DNA from: a virus
Virus record (IMG/VR): IMGVR_UViG_3300045988_148937
Coordinates: 1 to 19,392 of that record
DNA length: 19,392 nucleotides
Direction: 5' to 3' (one strand)
Made by a program: the position numbers and the translations under genes. Of the stretch, positions 7,000 to 16,261 are shown piece by piece; the stretch's first letter is position 1, and every line of letters starts with the position of its first letter. Below the pieces are notes generated by a model. The model had not been told where the DNA came from, made no database searches, and saw only the letters and a list, made by a program, of their open reading frames with translations.

Positions 7000-7302
7000 A
7001 TGGACTTCGATGAGGTGCTGTCGCAGTACGACAACATCCATGACGTGGAGGGAATCCCCGGGTTCCGAGAGACCCTTGTGAGCTACGGCCAGAGCGTGGG
7101 GCAGGTGTCGGAGGGCGCTAACGCCCGAATCTCGGAGCTGGAGACCGCGCTCGCGGCAGCCGAGGAGAAGGCAACCAACCTCGCCGCCCGCAACTACGAG
7201 CTGCTCATCGCGGCGACCGCCCAGGAGGCGTCCAAAGAACCCGAGCCAACCGAGCCGTCCGAGGAAGACAAGGACGTTTCGACGCTGTTCAAGAACAGAT
7301 AG
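7000..7302 (+). CDS. Head scaffolding protein (phi29 gp7-like, 100 aa, coiled coil, acidic C-terminus)
   Basis: AAGGAGG RBS. Size, position directly before the MCP gene and alpha-helical acidic composition match phi29 gp7. Confidence 0.75.
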   Translation: MDFDEVLSQYDNIHDVEGIPGFRETLVSYGQSVGQVSEGANARISELETALAAAEEKATNLAARNYELLIAATAQEASKEPEPTEPSEEDKDVSTLFKNR

Positions 7303-7311
7303 GAGACAATC

Positions 7312-8796
7312 ATGCCGAACACCGTTTTGCAGGCGGACAACGCCGCCATCATCAACAAGGTTCGTGCCAACGCGAGCCTCGATTACCAGTCGCGAATCCC
7401 CGTGGTAACACAAGCGAACCTGTCCAAGACGTTCGCAACGCTTCAGGCGTACCAGCCGATGTGGAACGAGTTCATGGACGTTCTCATCAACCGCATCGCG
7501 CTGACGCTGTTCAACACGAACAACTTCGAGAACCGCCTGAAGCCGCTCAAGTCGGGAGCTATGCAGTACGGCGGCCAGATTCAGGAGATCGGGGCGAACC
7601 TTCTCCATGCCGAGGCGTACGACCCCGACGACACCAACGTGTTCGGCGGCGAGAAGGCCGACGTTGAGGTCAACTACCACCAGATCAACCGCCGCGACAA
7701 GTACAAGATGCGCGTGAACAACGACCTTTTGGAAGAGGCGTTCTTGAGCGACGGGCAGCTTTCCGCGTTCGTGAACAGCCTTCTCGCCCTTCCCCAAAAA
7801 TCCGACGAGTGGGACGAGTACATCATCATGCGCGGGCTGCTCAAGCGCTACCAGGAAGCAGACGGCTTCTTCAACTACCAGGTTCCGAACCTCGCGACTT
7901 CCGCCGACCCCGAGGCCGACGGCAAGAAGATCACCGAGCTTCTGCGAGAGGTGTACCTGGACACCAAGGGCTTCTACCGAACGAAGTACAACGCGCTGGG
8001 CATGCAGGTAGCGCCCGAGGAGCTTATCCTTCTGGGCACGCCGAAGTTCTTCGCGAAGCTCGACGTCAACGTTCTTGCAGCCGCGTACCATATGGACAAG
8101 GCCGACTTCCTCGCAGACCGAACAATCGTCGTCGACGATTTCGAGATTCCCGGCACGCAGTGCATGTTCCTCGATTCCGAGTGGTACAAGTGCGTCGACA
8201 CCAAGATCAAGACCACCAACATGTACAACCCGAGCGCCGACGAGTGGACGTACTACCTTCATCATTGGGGCATCTACTCCGCTTCGCGCCAGCGCACGTG
8301 CATCCGCTTCTCGACCGACGCGACAACGGCCGTCGTCGGAGCGGCTCGCACGGTGACGGCAATCACGGCAGCGCTCGACCCGACGGTGGCGGGCAACAAG
8401 GTGCTCGCGCCTGGTGCTGACGCCGCGTTCAAGGTGGAAGTGTCCTACTCGGACGGCTCGACCGATTCCAACGCCTATGCGATCATCACGACCGAGGACG
8501 CGACCGCGCCGGCCAAGCTTCCCGCGAACGTCGTGTACCCCGAAACGGGAACCTACGTCGACCGCATGGGCGTGCTTCACGTGTCCGACACGGCAGCGTT
8601 CGACAACCTGACCGTCACCTGGGTGTCCACCGTCGACCCGACCAAGCTAACGTCCGTGAAGCTCACGGCGAGCGACAACGCGGTGGCCGCGTCCGACGAG
8701 TCTGGTGAGCGAGCTGTGGACGATTCGGAAACGACGCCGACCAAGGCCAAGGCGGTTTCCCGTGCCAAGACCGCATCGAGCGCCAAGGCCGAGTAA
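7312..8796 (+). CDS. Major capsid protein, phi29 gp8-like (HK97-fold core plus a C-terminal Ig-like/BIG2-type extension)
   Basis: 'YHQINRRDKYKMRVNNDLLEEAFLSDGQLSAFVNSLLALPQKSDEWDEYIIMRGLL' aligns to phi29 gp8 '[56 protein letters not shown]'. 'DVNVLAAAYHMDKADFL' aligns to phi29 'DVDVLAKAFNMNRTDFL'. Confidence 0.92.
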   Translation: MPNTVLQADNAAIINKVRANASLDYQSRIPVVTQANLSKTFATLQAYQPMWNEFMDVLINRIALTLFNTNNFENRLKPLKSGAMQYGGQIQEIGANLLHAEAYDPDDTNVFGGEKADVEVNYHQINRRDKYKMRVNNDLLEEAFLSDGQLSAFVNSLLALPQKSDEWDEYIIMRGLLKRYQEADGFFNYQVPNLATSADPEADGKKITELLREVYLDTKGFYRTKYNALGMQVAPEELILLGTPKFFAKLDVNVLAAAYHMDKADFLADRTIVVDDFEIPGTQCMFLDSEWYKCVDTKIKTTNMYNPSADEWTYYLHHWGIYSASRQRTCIRFSTDATTAVVGAARTVTAITAALDPTVAGNKVLAPGADAAFKVEVSYSDGSTDSNAYAIITTEDATAPAKLPANVVYPETGTYVDRMGVLHVSDTAAFDNLTVTWVSTVDPTKLTSVKLTASDNAVAASDESGERAVDDSETTPTKAKAVSRAKTASSAKAE

Positions 8797-10956
8797 ATGG
8801 GCGGCCTGCTCGAAAAGCTGCGCGGACAGAACCCCGACGCGGAAGAACCCGCGTCGGGGTTCACCCCTTACTCGTGGCCTACGAACTCCAAGGCCACGCT
8901 GTGCCGCGTGCCGTGGGACGCCACTTACCGCAACGTCGTCGATTGGCGCGACCAGGCAGGCAAAGACGAGTACTTCGAGACTCTCGCGGGCGACTCCGTG
9001 GCTCTCGATTCAATGACGTATCTGAAGCCGAACGACCCGATTTTCGTAGACGTCCCCTTCTCTCGGGCGTACGCCTACAACTACGTGGTTGTGGAGAACC
9101 CAAAACTTCCCGTGCCTGGCGAGGAGGAGCCGCGCAAGCTCTACTATTTCATCACCGCCGTCGGTTACGTTGCCCCCAACACCACGTCTATCGCCGTGCA
9201 GCTGGACGTGTGGACGACGTACGGCGACACCGCCAAGTTCGGCAGGTGCTTCGTTGAGCGCGGGCACGTGGCCATCGCCGCCGAGTGCAGCGCCGAGCCG
9301 CTCGACTGCGGGGAGATGGGGATTTCGCACACGGTGAACTACAGACGCTATCTAACGGCAGCCGAGGGTCTCGACGTGGGAAGCGCGTACCTCGTGGGCG
9401 ACAGCGAGGCTTTCTCGATCGCGCCGGTAGAAGAGGACGGCGGAAGCGCCTGGCGCGTCATCATCATGAGCACCGTCGACTTGATAGCGAGCTGGGGCAG
9501 CGTGTCGAACCCGTCGCTTACCACTGCCGACGGGCAGATCACAGACGGTCTTATCGGCGGCTGCAACGTGTACGCGCTGTCCACGAGCGACTTCAAGAAG
9601 TTCATGGAAGCGGTCTCGGACGCGCCGTGGGTGGCCAAGGGCATACTTTCGGTGACGGCCTTCCCCTCCGCGCTGCTTACGGCGGGCATACCCGTATCGG
9701 CGCACGGCGTCACGCTGTACTTTCTTGGCGATACGCCCGACAAAGGTTTTTACAAAGAGTTCGAGGACATGCCGAGGCGGCTGTCCATCTCGATACCGTA
9801 CCGCTACCGAAACCTGCACAAGTTCATGACATGGCCGTACTCCGCCATAGAGCTGAACGCGTGCAGCGGCAGCCCTGTCTTTTTGAAGCCAGAGCTTCTG
9901 GGCACCGACACGCTCAGGCTCAAGAACATGTCGTGCGCCGTGCCAGGGCATATTAAGATTGGGTTCTATCCGTGGGACTACGGCTCAAGGCGTCCGACAT
10001 CGGACAGCGAGGGCGGTATAAGCGTGCAATCCTACACTATGGACTCTCCCGTTTCCGTAAACGTGCAGGGGGACTTCCTCGATTCCGCCGTGTGGGTGTC
10101 CGACATGCCGAAGTTCTCCCTCGTCAACGACAACTACGCGAGCTATCTTGCGAGCACCGCGCACACGCGCGAGTGGCAGTACAACCAGGCGGGTTGGCAG
10201 CAGTCCAAGTCGAACGCGAGCGCCAACCTATCGTACGATCAGGCTCAGCAGAAAATATCGACGAACGCGTCGAACTACTACAACTCGCTAACGGGCTTGC
10301 AAGCTATGGCCATGGACAGCATCTGGAACGCGCCCGCGCTTCAGATAGGGGATTGGCAGAGCGGGTCTTTAAGCGGCGCGCTGTCCGCCATGGGCGCTGA
10401 CTCCAACGCGTTCGGCTGGAACTCGTCCGACATCGCGAACAACGTGAGCGGGCAGACTCAGTTCCTCAACAACCAGTCGCTTGCGGGAAACATCGCGTCG
10501 CAGAACCTGGATTTGGCTCAGTGGGCGGCTAAGGGCGACTATGAGAACGCCATCGCGGGAATAGACGCGACCGTTCAGGACGCGGCCATATCCACCCCGT
10601 CGGTCATCGGCCAGTCGGGCGGAAACGGGTTCGCGATGAGCAACGGCCTTTTCCTCGTGCAGATGCGCTGCAAGACCATCGACGAGAACCACCAGCGGGT
10701 AATCGGCGAGTACTGGCTTCGGTACGGGTACGCCGTGCGCGAGTTCATGACGCCGCCAAAGGACTTGTGCTGCATGGAGCACTTCACGTACTGGAAGATG
10801 CTCGAAACCTCGATCGAATGCGCCAAGGCGGACGAGACCTCGAAGGAGACGATTCGCGGCATATTCGAGAAAGGCGTTACCGTGTGGCGAAACCCGCGCG
10901 ACATCACGACGTTGGACATCGGAGATAACGACCCTGTAAAGGGAAACTATTACTAA
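8797..10956 (+). CDS. Tail knob / distal tail tube protein, phi29 gp9-like (719 aa)
   Basis: 'LYYFITAVGYVAPNTTSIAVQLDVWTTY' aligns to phi29 gp9 '[29 protein letters not shown]'. C-terminus 'IRGIFEKGVTVWRNPRDI' aligns to phi29 'IRTIFDNGITLWHTDNI'. Start abuts the MCP stop. Confidence 0.85.
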   Translation: MGGLLEKLRGQNPDAEEPASGFTPYSWPTNSKATLCRVPWDATYRNVVDWRDQAGKDEYFETLAGDSVALDSMTYLKPNDPIFVDVPFSRAYAYNYVVVENPKLPVPGEEEPRKLYYFITAVGYVAPNTTSIAVQLDVWTTYGDTAKFGRCFVERGHVAIAAECSAEPLDCGEMGISHTVNYRRYLTAAEGLDVGSAYLVGDSEAFSIAPVEEDGGSAWRVIIMSTVDLIASWGSVSNPSLTTADGQITDGLIGGCNVYALSTSDFKKFMEAVSDAPWVAKGILSVTAFPSALLTAGIPVSAHGVTLYFLGDTPDKGFYKEFEDMPRRLSISIPYRYRNLHKFMTWPYSAIELNACSGSPVFLKPELLGTDTLRLKNMSCAVPGHIKIGFYPWDYGSRRPTSDSEGGISVQSYTMDSPVSVNVQGDFLDSAVWVSDMPKFSLVNDNYASYLASTAHTREWQYNQAGWQQSKSNASANLSYDQAQQKISTNASNYYNSLTGLQAMAMDSIWNAPALQIGDWQSGSLSGALSAMGADSNAFGWNSSDIANNVSGQTQFLNNQSLAGNIASQNLDLAQWAAKGDYENAIAGIDATVQDAAISTPSVIGQSGGNGFAMSNGLFLVQMRCKTIDENHQRVIGEYWLRYGYAVREFMTPPKDLCCMEHFTYWKMLETSIECAKADETSKETIRGIFEKGVTVWRNPRDITTLDIGDNDPVKGNYY

Positions 10957-10965
10957 GGAGGTGCT

Positions 10966-12006
10966 ATGAGCAAGAGAATCAAGGAAAGCGATCTTATCGA
11001 CTGGCCAGACGAGATGGACCAGATGTACGGGCGCAAGTGGGTTAGGAAGATGTTCACGAGCGCCGAGCGCTTCGACATCGCGCAATACCGCCACTGGCTC
11101 TGGTACCTTGAGTCGCTGGCGCTGGGTGCGTTCGAATGGAGCAACGTACCGAGCGGAATAGACGCCCGCGCAATCGAGTACATCCTGCTGCATTTCGGGC
11201 AGGGCGCGCTGTTCATGGACGAGGGCGGCATGCTTTTCGCGAGCGCCGCGCCAGCCGACAACATAAACATGTACTGGAATCCGAACAAAATCCTGCTCAC
11301 CGCGCCGAACGGTCAGACATGGACGCGCCACTGCGAAACGTGGGTGGCCGCAGACGAGGCGGGGGAGCTTACAGTCCATCATCGCAACGCCGCCATGTGC
11401 TTCGACAACATGCGCAGGTTCCCGCTGTTCGCCGACATCCGCAACTATGCGAGAAGGCTTGCTCGAATCGACGCCATCCTCGACGTCAACCACGGCGCTC
11501 AGCGCACGCCTTACATCGTCACGGGCACCGAGGAAGGGAGAAACTCGCGGAGAGACGTCATCAGGAAGCTCGAATCGAACGACCAGTACATACAGATGAA
11601 CTCCGAGCTTTCCTCGAACCTGGGGATGATAGACGTGCTTCAGACGGTAGCGCCCTACGTCGCTGACAAGCTGCTCTCCGACAAGCAGAAAATCCTCAAC
11701 GAGGCCATCACGATGCTCGGCATCGACAACACGAACAACGAGAAGCGCGAGCGCATGATAGACGCCGAGGCCACGTCCAACAACGAGCAGATCATGGTCA
11801 TGCGCAGGACTCGGCTCGAAGAGCGCCGAAAGTTCTGCATCAAGGCGAACACGATGTTCCAAGACCTCGACATGTGGGTAGAATGGGGCGTCCCCCACGA
11901 GCGCACGAACATCGACGCGGAACCGCTTACCGACAACGCGCCAGACAACGAGGGGCAGTTCGCGACGCAGCCAGGGCAGCCGACGACGCGAAGGGAAGGA
12001 GACTAG
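10966..12006 (+). CDS. Head-tail connector / portal protein, phi29 gp10-like
   Basis: 'WLWYLESLALGAFEWSNVP' aligns to phi29 '[22 protein letters not shown]'. 'VNHGAQRTPYIV' aligns to 'VNQNAQKTPVLI'. 'APYVADKL...NEAITMLGIDNTNNEKRERMIDAEATSNNEQI' aligns to 'APYVVDKL...[32 protein letters not shown]'. AAGGAGG RBS. Confidence 0.92.
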   Translation: MSKRIKESDLIDWPDEMDQMYGRKWVRKMFTSAERFDIAQYRHWLWYLESLALGAFEWSNVPSGIDARAIEYILLHFGQGALFMDEGGMLFASAAPADNINMYWNPNKILLTAPNGQTWTRHCETWVAADEAGELTVHHRNAAMCFDNMRRFPLFADIRNYARRLARIDAILDVNHGAQRTPYIVTGTEEGRNSRRDVIRKLESNDQYIQMNSELSSNLGMIDVLQTVAPYVADKLLSDKQKILNEAITMLGIDNTNNEKRERMIDAEATSNNEQIMVMRRTRLEERRKFCIKANTMFQDLDMWVEWGVPHERTNIDAEPLTDNAPDNEGQFATQPGQPTTRREGD

Positions 12007-12007
12007 C

Positions 12008-12574
12008 ATGCTCTACAGCGACCAGGCACCGACGCTCTACGACGTCGTCCACCTCTACGGAGAGGACTACTCGGGCGCACTGTCCGACTACCCGATATGG
12101 GACGAGAGCCAGCGGGAGTGGCTCAACGGGAGAATCTTCGAGAAGTTCGCCTACCGCGAGATCGGGCAGGACACCCCCGCCAAGTTCCTGTTCTTCCTAC
12201 GTCGGCGCATGCACGACATGATGCCGAGCGTGAACCCGCTGTTCGCGGCGCTGGAGAACGTGGACGTGCTCGCCAGCTACGAGACGTTCGACGACGTGGA
12301 CGCTACCAGCAAGAGCAGCGCCGAGCAAGCCAACCTCTACTCGGCAACCCCGCAGACCCAGCTCTCGGGCAACAAGAACTACGCGACCAACCTCACGGAG
12401 ACCGAAGGCGAGAACGAGGGCGAGAGCGCCCAGAAGTCGCGCCATTACGGGCGTTCGGGAACCGTCGGCGACATGGCGTCTAACTGGGCTATGAGCGTGA
12501 ACAACGCGCTCTACATCGTATACAATGGGTTGGAACCGCTGTTCAACCAGATATGGAAGGAGGATGATGCGTGA
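12008..12574 (+). CDS. Structural protein, possibly lower collar / tail tube (gp11 position). Coding status high, identity by synteny only
   Basis: GGAAGGAG RBS, 188-aa ORF directly after the portal gene. No motif-level match recognised. Confidence 0.55.
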   Translation: MLYSDQAPTLYDVVHLYGEDYSGALSDYPIWDESQREWLNGRIFEKFAYREIGQDTPAKFLFFLRRRMHDMMPSVNPLFAALENVDVLASYETFDDVDATSKSSAEQANLYSATPQTQLSGNKNYATNLTETEGENEGESAQKSRHYGRSGTVGDMASNWAMSVNNALYIVYNGLEPLFNQIWKEDDA

Positions 12575-13104
12575 TGGCAGTATGGAAAGACGCGTGCAAC
12601 GCGCTCGATTTCGCTTATCGAGGGTACCAATACCCGCTCCCGCCGTCATGGAAGTACGCGGTCAGGCTCGAAGACCAGATCCAATGGCTTTTGCAGGCGA
12701 TACTCAAGCTTGCGGACGAATCGCTCGGCGATGAAGACCTCGACAGGCTTTACCGCTCGCTTAAGGAGTACATCGACGACAAGGCGGGGAAGCTTCAGAA
12801 GGAGCTTAACGAGCTGTCGGCAGGCGGCGGGTACTCCGTTTCGCCGACCGACGGCTTCAAGCGCTCTGGCACGGTTACGGCTCGCCAGCTGTTCGACGCG
12901 TCGCGCCCGTTCGGCATGACGTACGCAGGGCTTGCCGCCGCCGTCAAGACGTATGACGAGGTGAAGGCGAAGGGAAAGACGTACGATCAGGTGGACTTCT
13001 TCGCCACGCTCTGGTTCGGAGACGGCTCCATGACCGCGCACCGAACGCCCGCAGCGGACATTTCGGAGTCGTGGTTCGGAGGAGGGCGAAATGGCACTGC
13101 CTAA
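12571..13104 (+). CDS. Hypothetical structural protein (177 aa; ATG at 12574 is also possible)
   Basis: GGAGG RBS. Embedded in the structural operon between the collar-like and fibre genes. Confidence 0.6.
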   Translation: MMAVWKDACNALDFAYRGYQYPLPPSWKYAVRLEDQIQWLLQAILKLADESLGDEDLDRLYRSLKEYIDDKAGKLQKELNELSAGGGYSVSPTDGFKRSGTVTARQLFDASRPFGMTYAGLAAAVKTYDEVKAKGKTYDQVDFFATLWFGDGSMTAHRTPAADISESWFGGGRNGTA

Positions 13105-14284
13105 ATTCGCACAAGAAAGGCGAATAGACCTCGTGACCGCGGTCAACGAGCTAAGCGGTGCCGTCGATGAGGCGCTGGCGGGCGGCGGAGGCGGGGGAGG
13201 TTCGTACACCCTGCCCGTAGCGGGGGACTCTACCCTCGGAGGAGTAAAGGGGCAGCGCGTCGCGGAGAAGGACGGGAACGGGCGCATACTCAACGTAACG
13301 CCCGACGGCACGGCGTTCATCGACGCAGCCGACGCGCTCAATCCCGGCGTCGTTCGCTCCAAGGAGGGCAACGCCTTCGCCGACACGGACGCCAACGTGG
13401 CGGTCAACGCGCACGGGTACATGAAGTGCGACGCGGGCAAGGCGTACGTGGACGCGCAGGTAGCGGGAGTGGAAGCGCACCTTGAGGCGTTCGAAGCGGA
13501 AGCGGTCACGCAGGCCGAGGGAACCGCCCCTCTCACGCTCGCCGTATCGCCCGTGGCTGGAAGCGGAAGCAAGCTCACTGCAAGTCTGTCTTACAGCGAT
13601 TTTTTCAGGATTGACCGTAACAACAGGCTAAATTACGACGGTGATGCGTTTAATGCTGCCGCATTCCAATCAACTAAAGGTTGCTACCTGCGTGACGATG
13701 ACGGGGCAATAATCTCACAAAATGGCGATACTTCAGGTTTCGCAATCGACCCGAAGGGCGGAATCCTGGCAGTCGACAGCCGAGAAGATGGAATAGGCAT
13801 CACCTTCAAGCTCAACGTCGGCAACGGCCTGGCGCTCAACCCTCAAACGGGAATGCTGGAACTGCCCATCGACACGACGGCGGGACTCGGGTACGGCTCG
13901 AACGGGCTAGAGGTGGAGGTGGACGGTACCACGATCGTGCACAACCTTAACGGGCAGCTTAGCGTCGTGGACGCAGACGCGAAAGCGGTAACCGTTTCCT
14001 CGCAGCCCTCAGGCAGCCCCGTGTCGGCGCTGGCGCACGGCAAGACGGTGTGCGTGTCGTTCAACAGCGTCGCGGTGAGCGGGAACGCCAAAACGAAAGT
14101 GGGGAACCTCGGAATATACTACGCCCCCAGGACTGCGAAGACAGGCACCGTCGCCGCCATTGGGCCTAACGGCGTGATTACCGCATACTGCCAGGTAGAC
14201 GCAAACGGAAACATCTATATAAACCCCGTTACAGCATCGGGTGCAAACCTATCGTGGACAGGCACGCTAACCTATTTGATCTAA
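13091..14284 (+). CDS. Tail fibre / receptor-binding protein 1 (397 aa): Gly-run, the fibre motif 'YTLPVAGDSTLGGVKG', and a C-terminal domain shared with the next gene
   Basis: The 'Y-x-LP-x-A...GGVK' motif is typical of phage tail-fibre N-termini. C-terminus 'NGNIYINPVTASGANLSWTGTLTYLI' is paralogous to 14295..14960. Confidence 0.75.
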   Translation: MALPKFAQERRIDLVTAVNELSGAVDEALAGGGGGGGSYTLPVAGDSTLGGVKGQRVAEKDGNGRILNVTPDGTAFIDAADALNPGVVRSKEGNAFADTDANVAVNAHGYMKCDAGKAYVDAQVAGVEAHLEAFEAEAVTQAEGTAPLTLAVSPVAGSGSKLTASLSYSDFFRIDRNNRLNYDGDAFNAAAFQSTKGCYLRDDDGAIISQNGDTSGFAIDPKGGILAVDSREDGIGITFKLNVGNGLALNPQTGMLELPIDTTAGLGYGSNGLEVEVDGTTIVHNLNGQLSVVDADAKAVTVSSQPSGSPVSALAHGKTVCVSFNSVAVSGNAKTKVGNLGIYYAPRTAKTGTVAAIGPNGVITAYCQVDANGNIYINPVTASGANLSWTGTLTYLI

Positions 14285-14294
14285 GGAGACCAAC

Positions 14295-14960
14295 ATGTCA
14301 ACGCCTAACTACAATCTTCCAACCATCAGCGGAACCGAGGTAGCCGACTTCGTGGGCGACCTCAACGCGCTCGCCAACGCGACCGACTCCGCCTTGAAGG
14401 CAGTTGAGAACGCTGCATCGACCTACGTCCTTCCAACGGCAACCGCCTACGTGAAGGGCGGCGTTAAAATCGGAAAGGGCATCGAAGCCGACAGCGATGG
14501 TACTATTTCCGTCAAACTTGCCGCAGGAGAGGTGGGGACCGACGCGCTCGCGACTGGCGCGGTCACCGAGGATAAGCTTTCTCAGACAGTCGCCGCTTCC
14601 CTAGCAAACGGAAATCAGGCTCTTACGCAGGCGAACGCAGCTCTCAACGCGTTCAACGCCAAGCCGACACCCGCAGGAACGTTCTCTTCGGGGTCTGGAA
14701 CCATCGAAGCGTGGGGCAGAATCGCCATCGTGCACGCCGAACAGCTTGCCGTGCCCACAGGAACGAAAACGTTGGTGGGAACCGTCGGAGTCGGGTACCG
14801 GCCGAACTCCGAGACTACCGTCCCCGTGTCAGCGTTTGACGGAAGCGGGAACATCGTAATCGCGTTCCTCAAGGTGGAGACGGGCGGGAACATCTACATC
14901 AACCCTGGCGGCAAGACTGGTTTGAACTGGACAGGCACCGCCATCTACCTACTGGGATAG
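14295..14960 (+). CDS. Tail fibre / receptor-binding protein 2 (221 aa), paralog of the preceding gene
   Basis: 'YVLPTATAYVKGGVKIG' motif. C-terminus 'GGNIYINPGGKTGLNWTGTAIYLLG' is similar to the fibre 1 C-terminus. AAGGAG RBS. Confidence 0.75.
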   Translation: MSTPNYNLPTISGTEVADFVGDLNALANATDSALKAVENAASTYVLPTATAYVKGGVKIGKGIEADSDGTISVKLAAGEVGTDALATGAVTEDKLSQTVAASLANGNQALTQANAALNAFNAKPTPAGTFSSGSGTIEAWGRIAIVHAEQLAVPTGTKTLVGTVGVGYRPNSETTVPVSAFDGSGNIVIAFLKVETGGNIYINPGGKTGLNWTGTAIYLLG

Positions 14961-14966
14961 CCAGAC

Positions 14967-16253
14967 ATGCCGCCGCTCGACAACACAGTGCTCTATGCTA
15001 TGTACGTCATCGGTAAGGTTGAGTCAGATTGGGACTGGACTGCCACCTACCCCGCCGACCCCATCACGATCGGCATGTTGCAGGAATACGGGCAGAACGC
15101 CTCAGACCTGCTGAAGATGTGCCGCGAAGGCGACCCGACGGGTTGGGCAGCCTTCGCGGCGTCCGCGTCCTCGCTCGCAAGCGACGTGGACGCCCACGGG
15201 GACTCGTGGAGCTGGTGGGAGTCGCGCTACCTGTCGCAAGACGAGGTAGAAGCGTGGCAGACCATGGCCGCGCGAAGCGAGAACCACGCTATACAGCAAA
15301 GCAAATGGGACAACGACGCGAGGGCTTACGTGAGCAGGCTGGAAACCGACGGCTGGTCGCAGGAGCGTCCCCAGACCCTCGTGTACGCTATGTGCATCTA
15401 CCACCAATCGCCGCAGGCATACGGGCAGGTCACACGTTCGTGCGGGGGAAGCGCGACGCTCGACACGCTGCACGCGACGACGCTCAACAACTGGATAGGG
15501 CAGAGCTACTCGAACCGCTACAACACTGCTTACAGCATGCTCAAGGACTGGGACGGCAACAGCGCGCCGCCCGACTTCGGGCAGGTTGCCGACGCGCCGT
15601 CCACTGGCGACACGGGCACGGTAACGCAGCCCGACTCGCCCGTTCAGCGCGTTGAGATGCGCAACGGGCAGATACTGGTGTGGGGGCTTGAAGGGTACCC
15701 GAACGGGCTTCTGTGCGGGTACAGCGCCCCGAACATCTGGATTCCCATCACCAACAAGGCGGGAGCCGTCAACCCTGGCACAGCGACGGGCGGCGGCGAT
15801 TCCAAGACGGGCAGCGCCATAGTTGAATACGCGAAGTCCAAACTGGGCGAGTGGTACTACAGCCAAGGCTCGGGGCGGCTAGACCCCGAATCGAGCGGGT
15901 ACACCGATTGCAGCGGGTTCGTCTACTGGTGCTACCATCACGTCGCGGGCATCGAGCTTGGCAAGTGGACGGGAGAGCTTGCCACCGACGGCGAGGAGGT
16001 TTTCAGGAGCACCGACACGGGTGCCGTCCCGTGGGACTCCATGCAGGCGGGCGACGTGATTCTGTCGACGAAATACCCGTCCTCGCTCTGGGGATTCGGA
16101 ACCGCAGGCGGCGGGCAGCACGCGCAGATCTACACTGGAACGCCAGGCGAGGTCGTGGACGTGGCAAGCACTCCGTGCCCCACGGTGCGCACGGGCGATG
16201 GAATCTGGGTGTACCCGTCGATAGCGGGTTACATGGTGAGACGGATGCTTTAG
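14967..16253 (+). CDS. Tail-associated peptidoglycan hydrolase: N-terminal phi29 gp13-like glycosidase-type domain plus C-terminal NlpC/P60 cysteine endopeptidase
   Basis: C-terminal 'YTDCSGFVYWCYHH' with the downstream 'HAQIYTG' is the NlpC/P60 Cys-His signature. N-terminal 'GKVESDW...ITIGMLQEYGQNA' resembles phi29 gp13 'GNMQSES...SLGFGLVQWT'. It occupies the phi29 gene-13 position before the ATPase. Confidence 0.8.
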   Translation: MPPLDNTVLYAMYVIGKVESDWDWTATYPADPITIGMLQEYGQNASDLLKMCREGDPTGWAAFAASASSLASDVDAHGDSWSWWESRYLSQDEVEAWQTMAARSENHAIQQSKWDNDARAYVSRLETDGWSQERPQTLVYAMCIYHQSPQAYGQVTRSCGGSATLDTLHATTLNNWIGQSYSNRYNTAYSMLKDWDGNSAPPDFGQVADAPSTGDTGTVTQPDSPVQRVEMRNGQILVWGLEGYPNGLLCGYSAPNIWIPITNKAGAVNPGTATGGGDSKTGSAIVEYAKSKLGEWYYSQGSGRLDPESSGYTDCSGFVYWCYHHVAGIELGKWTGELATDGEEVFRSTDTGAVPWDSMQAGDVILSTKYPSSLWGFGTAGGGQHAQIYTGTPGEVVDVASTPCPTVRTGDGIWVYPSIAGYMVRRML

Positions 16254-16261
16254 GAGGAGAC

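Noticed and set aside
6964-8580. 538-aa ORF on the - strand antisense to the capsid gene. Similar long antisense ORFs at 10369..12009, 12646..13578, 15102..15866, 2333..2875 and 2448..2954
   Set aside because: Arg/Gly/Val-rich, low-complexity translations of the kind expected from stop-poor antisense frames in GC-rich DNA. They overlap genes with strong homology support and have no RBS.
13151-13230. Run of Gly codons (GGCGGCGGAGGCGGGGGAGG) in the fibre 1 gene
   Set aside because: It encodes a poly-Gly flexible linker (GGGGGGG) in frame. It is not a G-quadruplex-type regulatory element, and no function beyond a linker is proposed.
15851-16261. 5' extension of the ATPase ORF back to 15851
   Set aside because: It overlaps the hydrolase gene over about 400 nt in another frame. 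A GTG with AGGAGG RBS at 16262 directly follows the hydrolase stop and matches the phi29 gp16 N-terminus.
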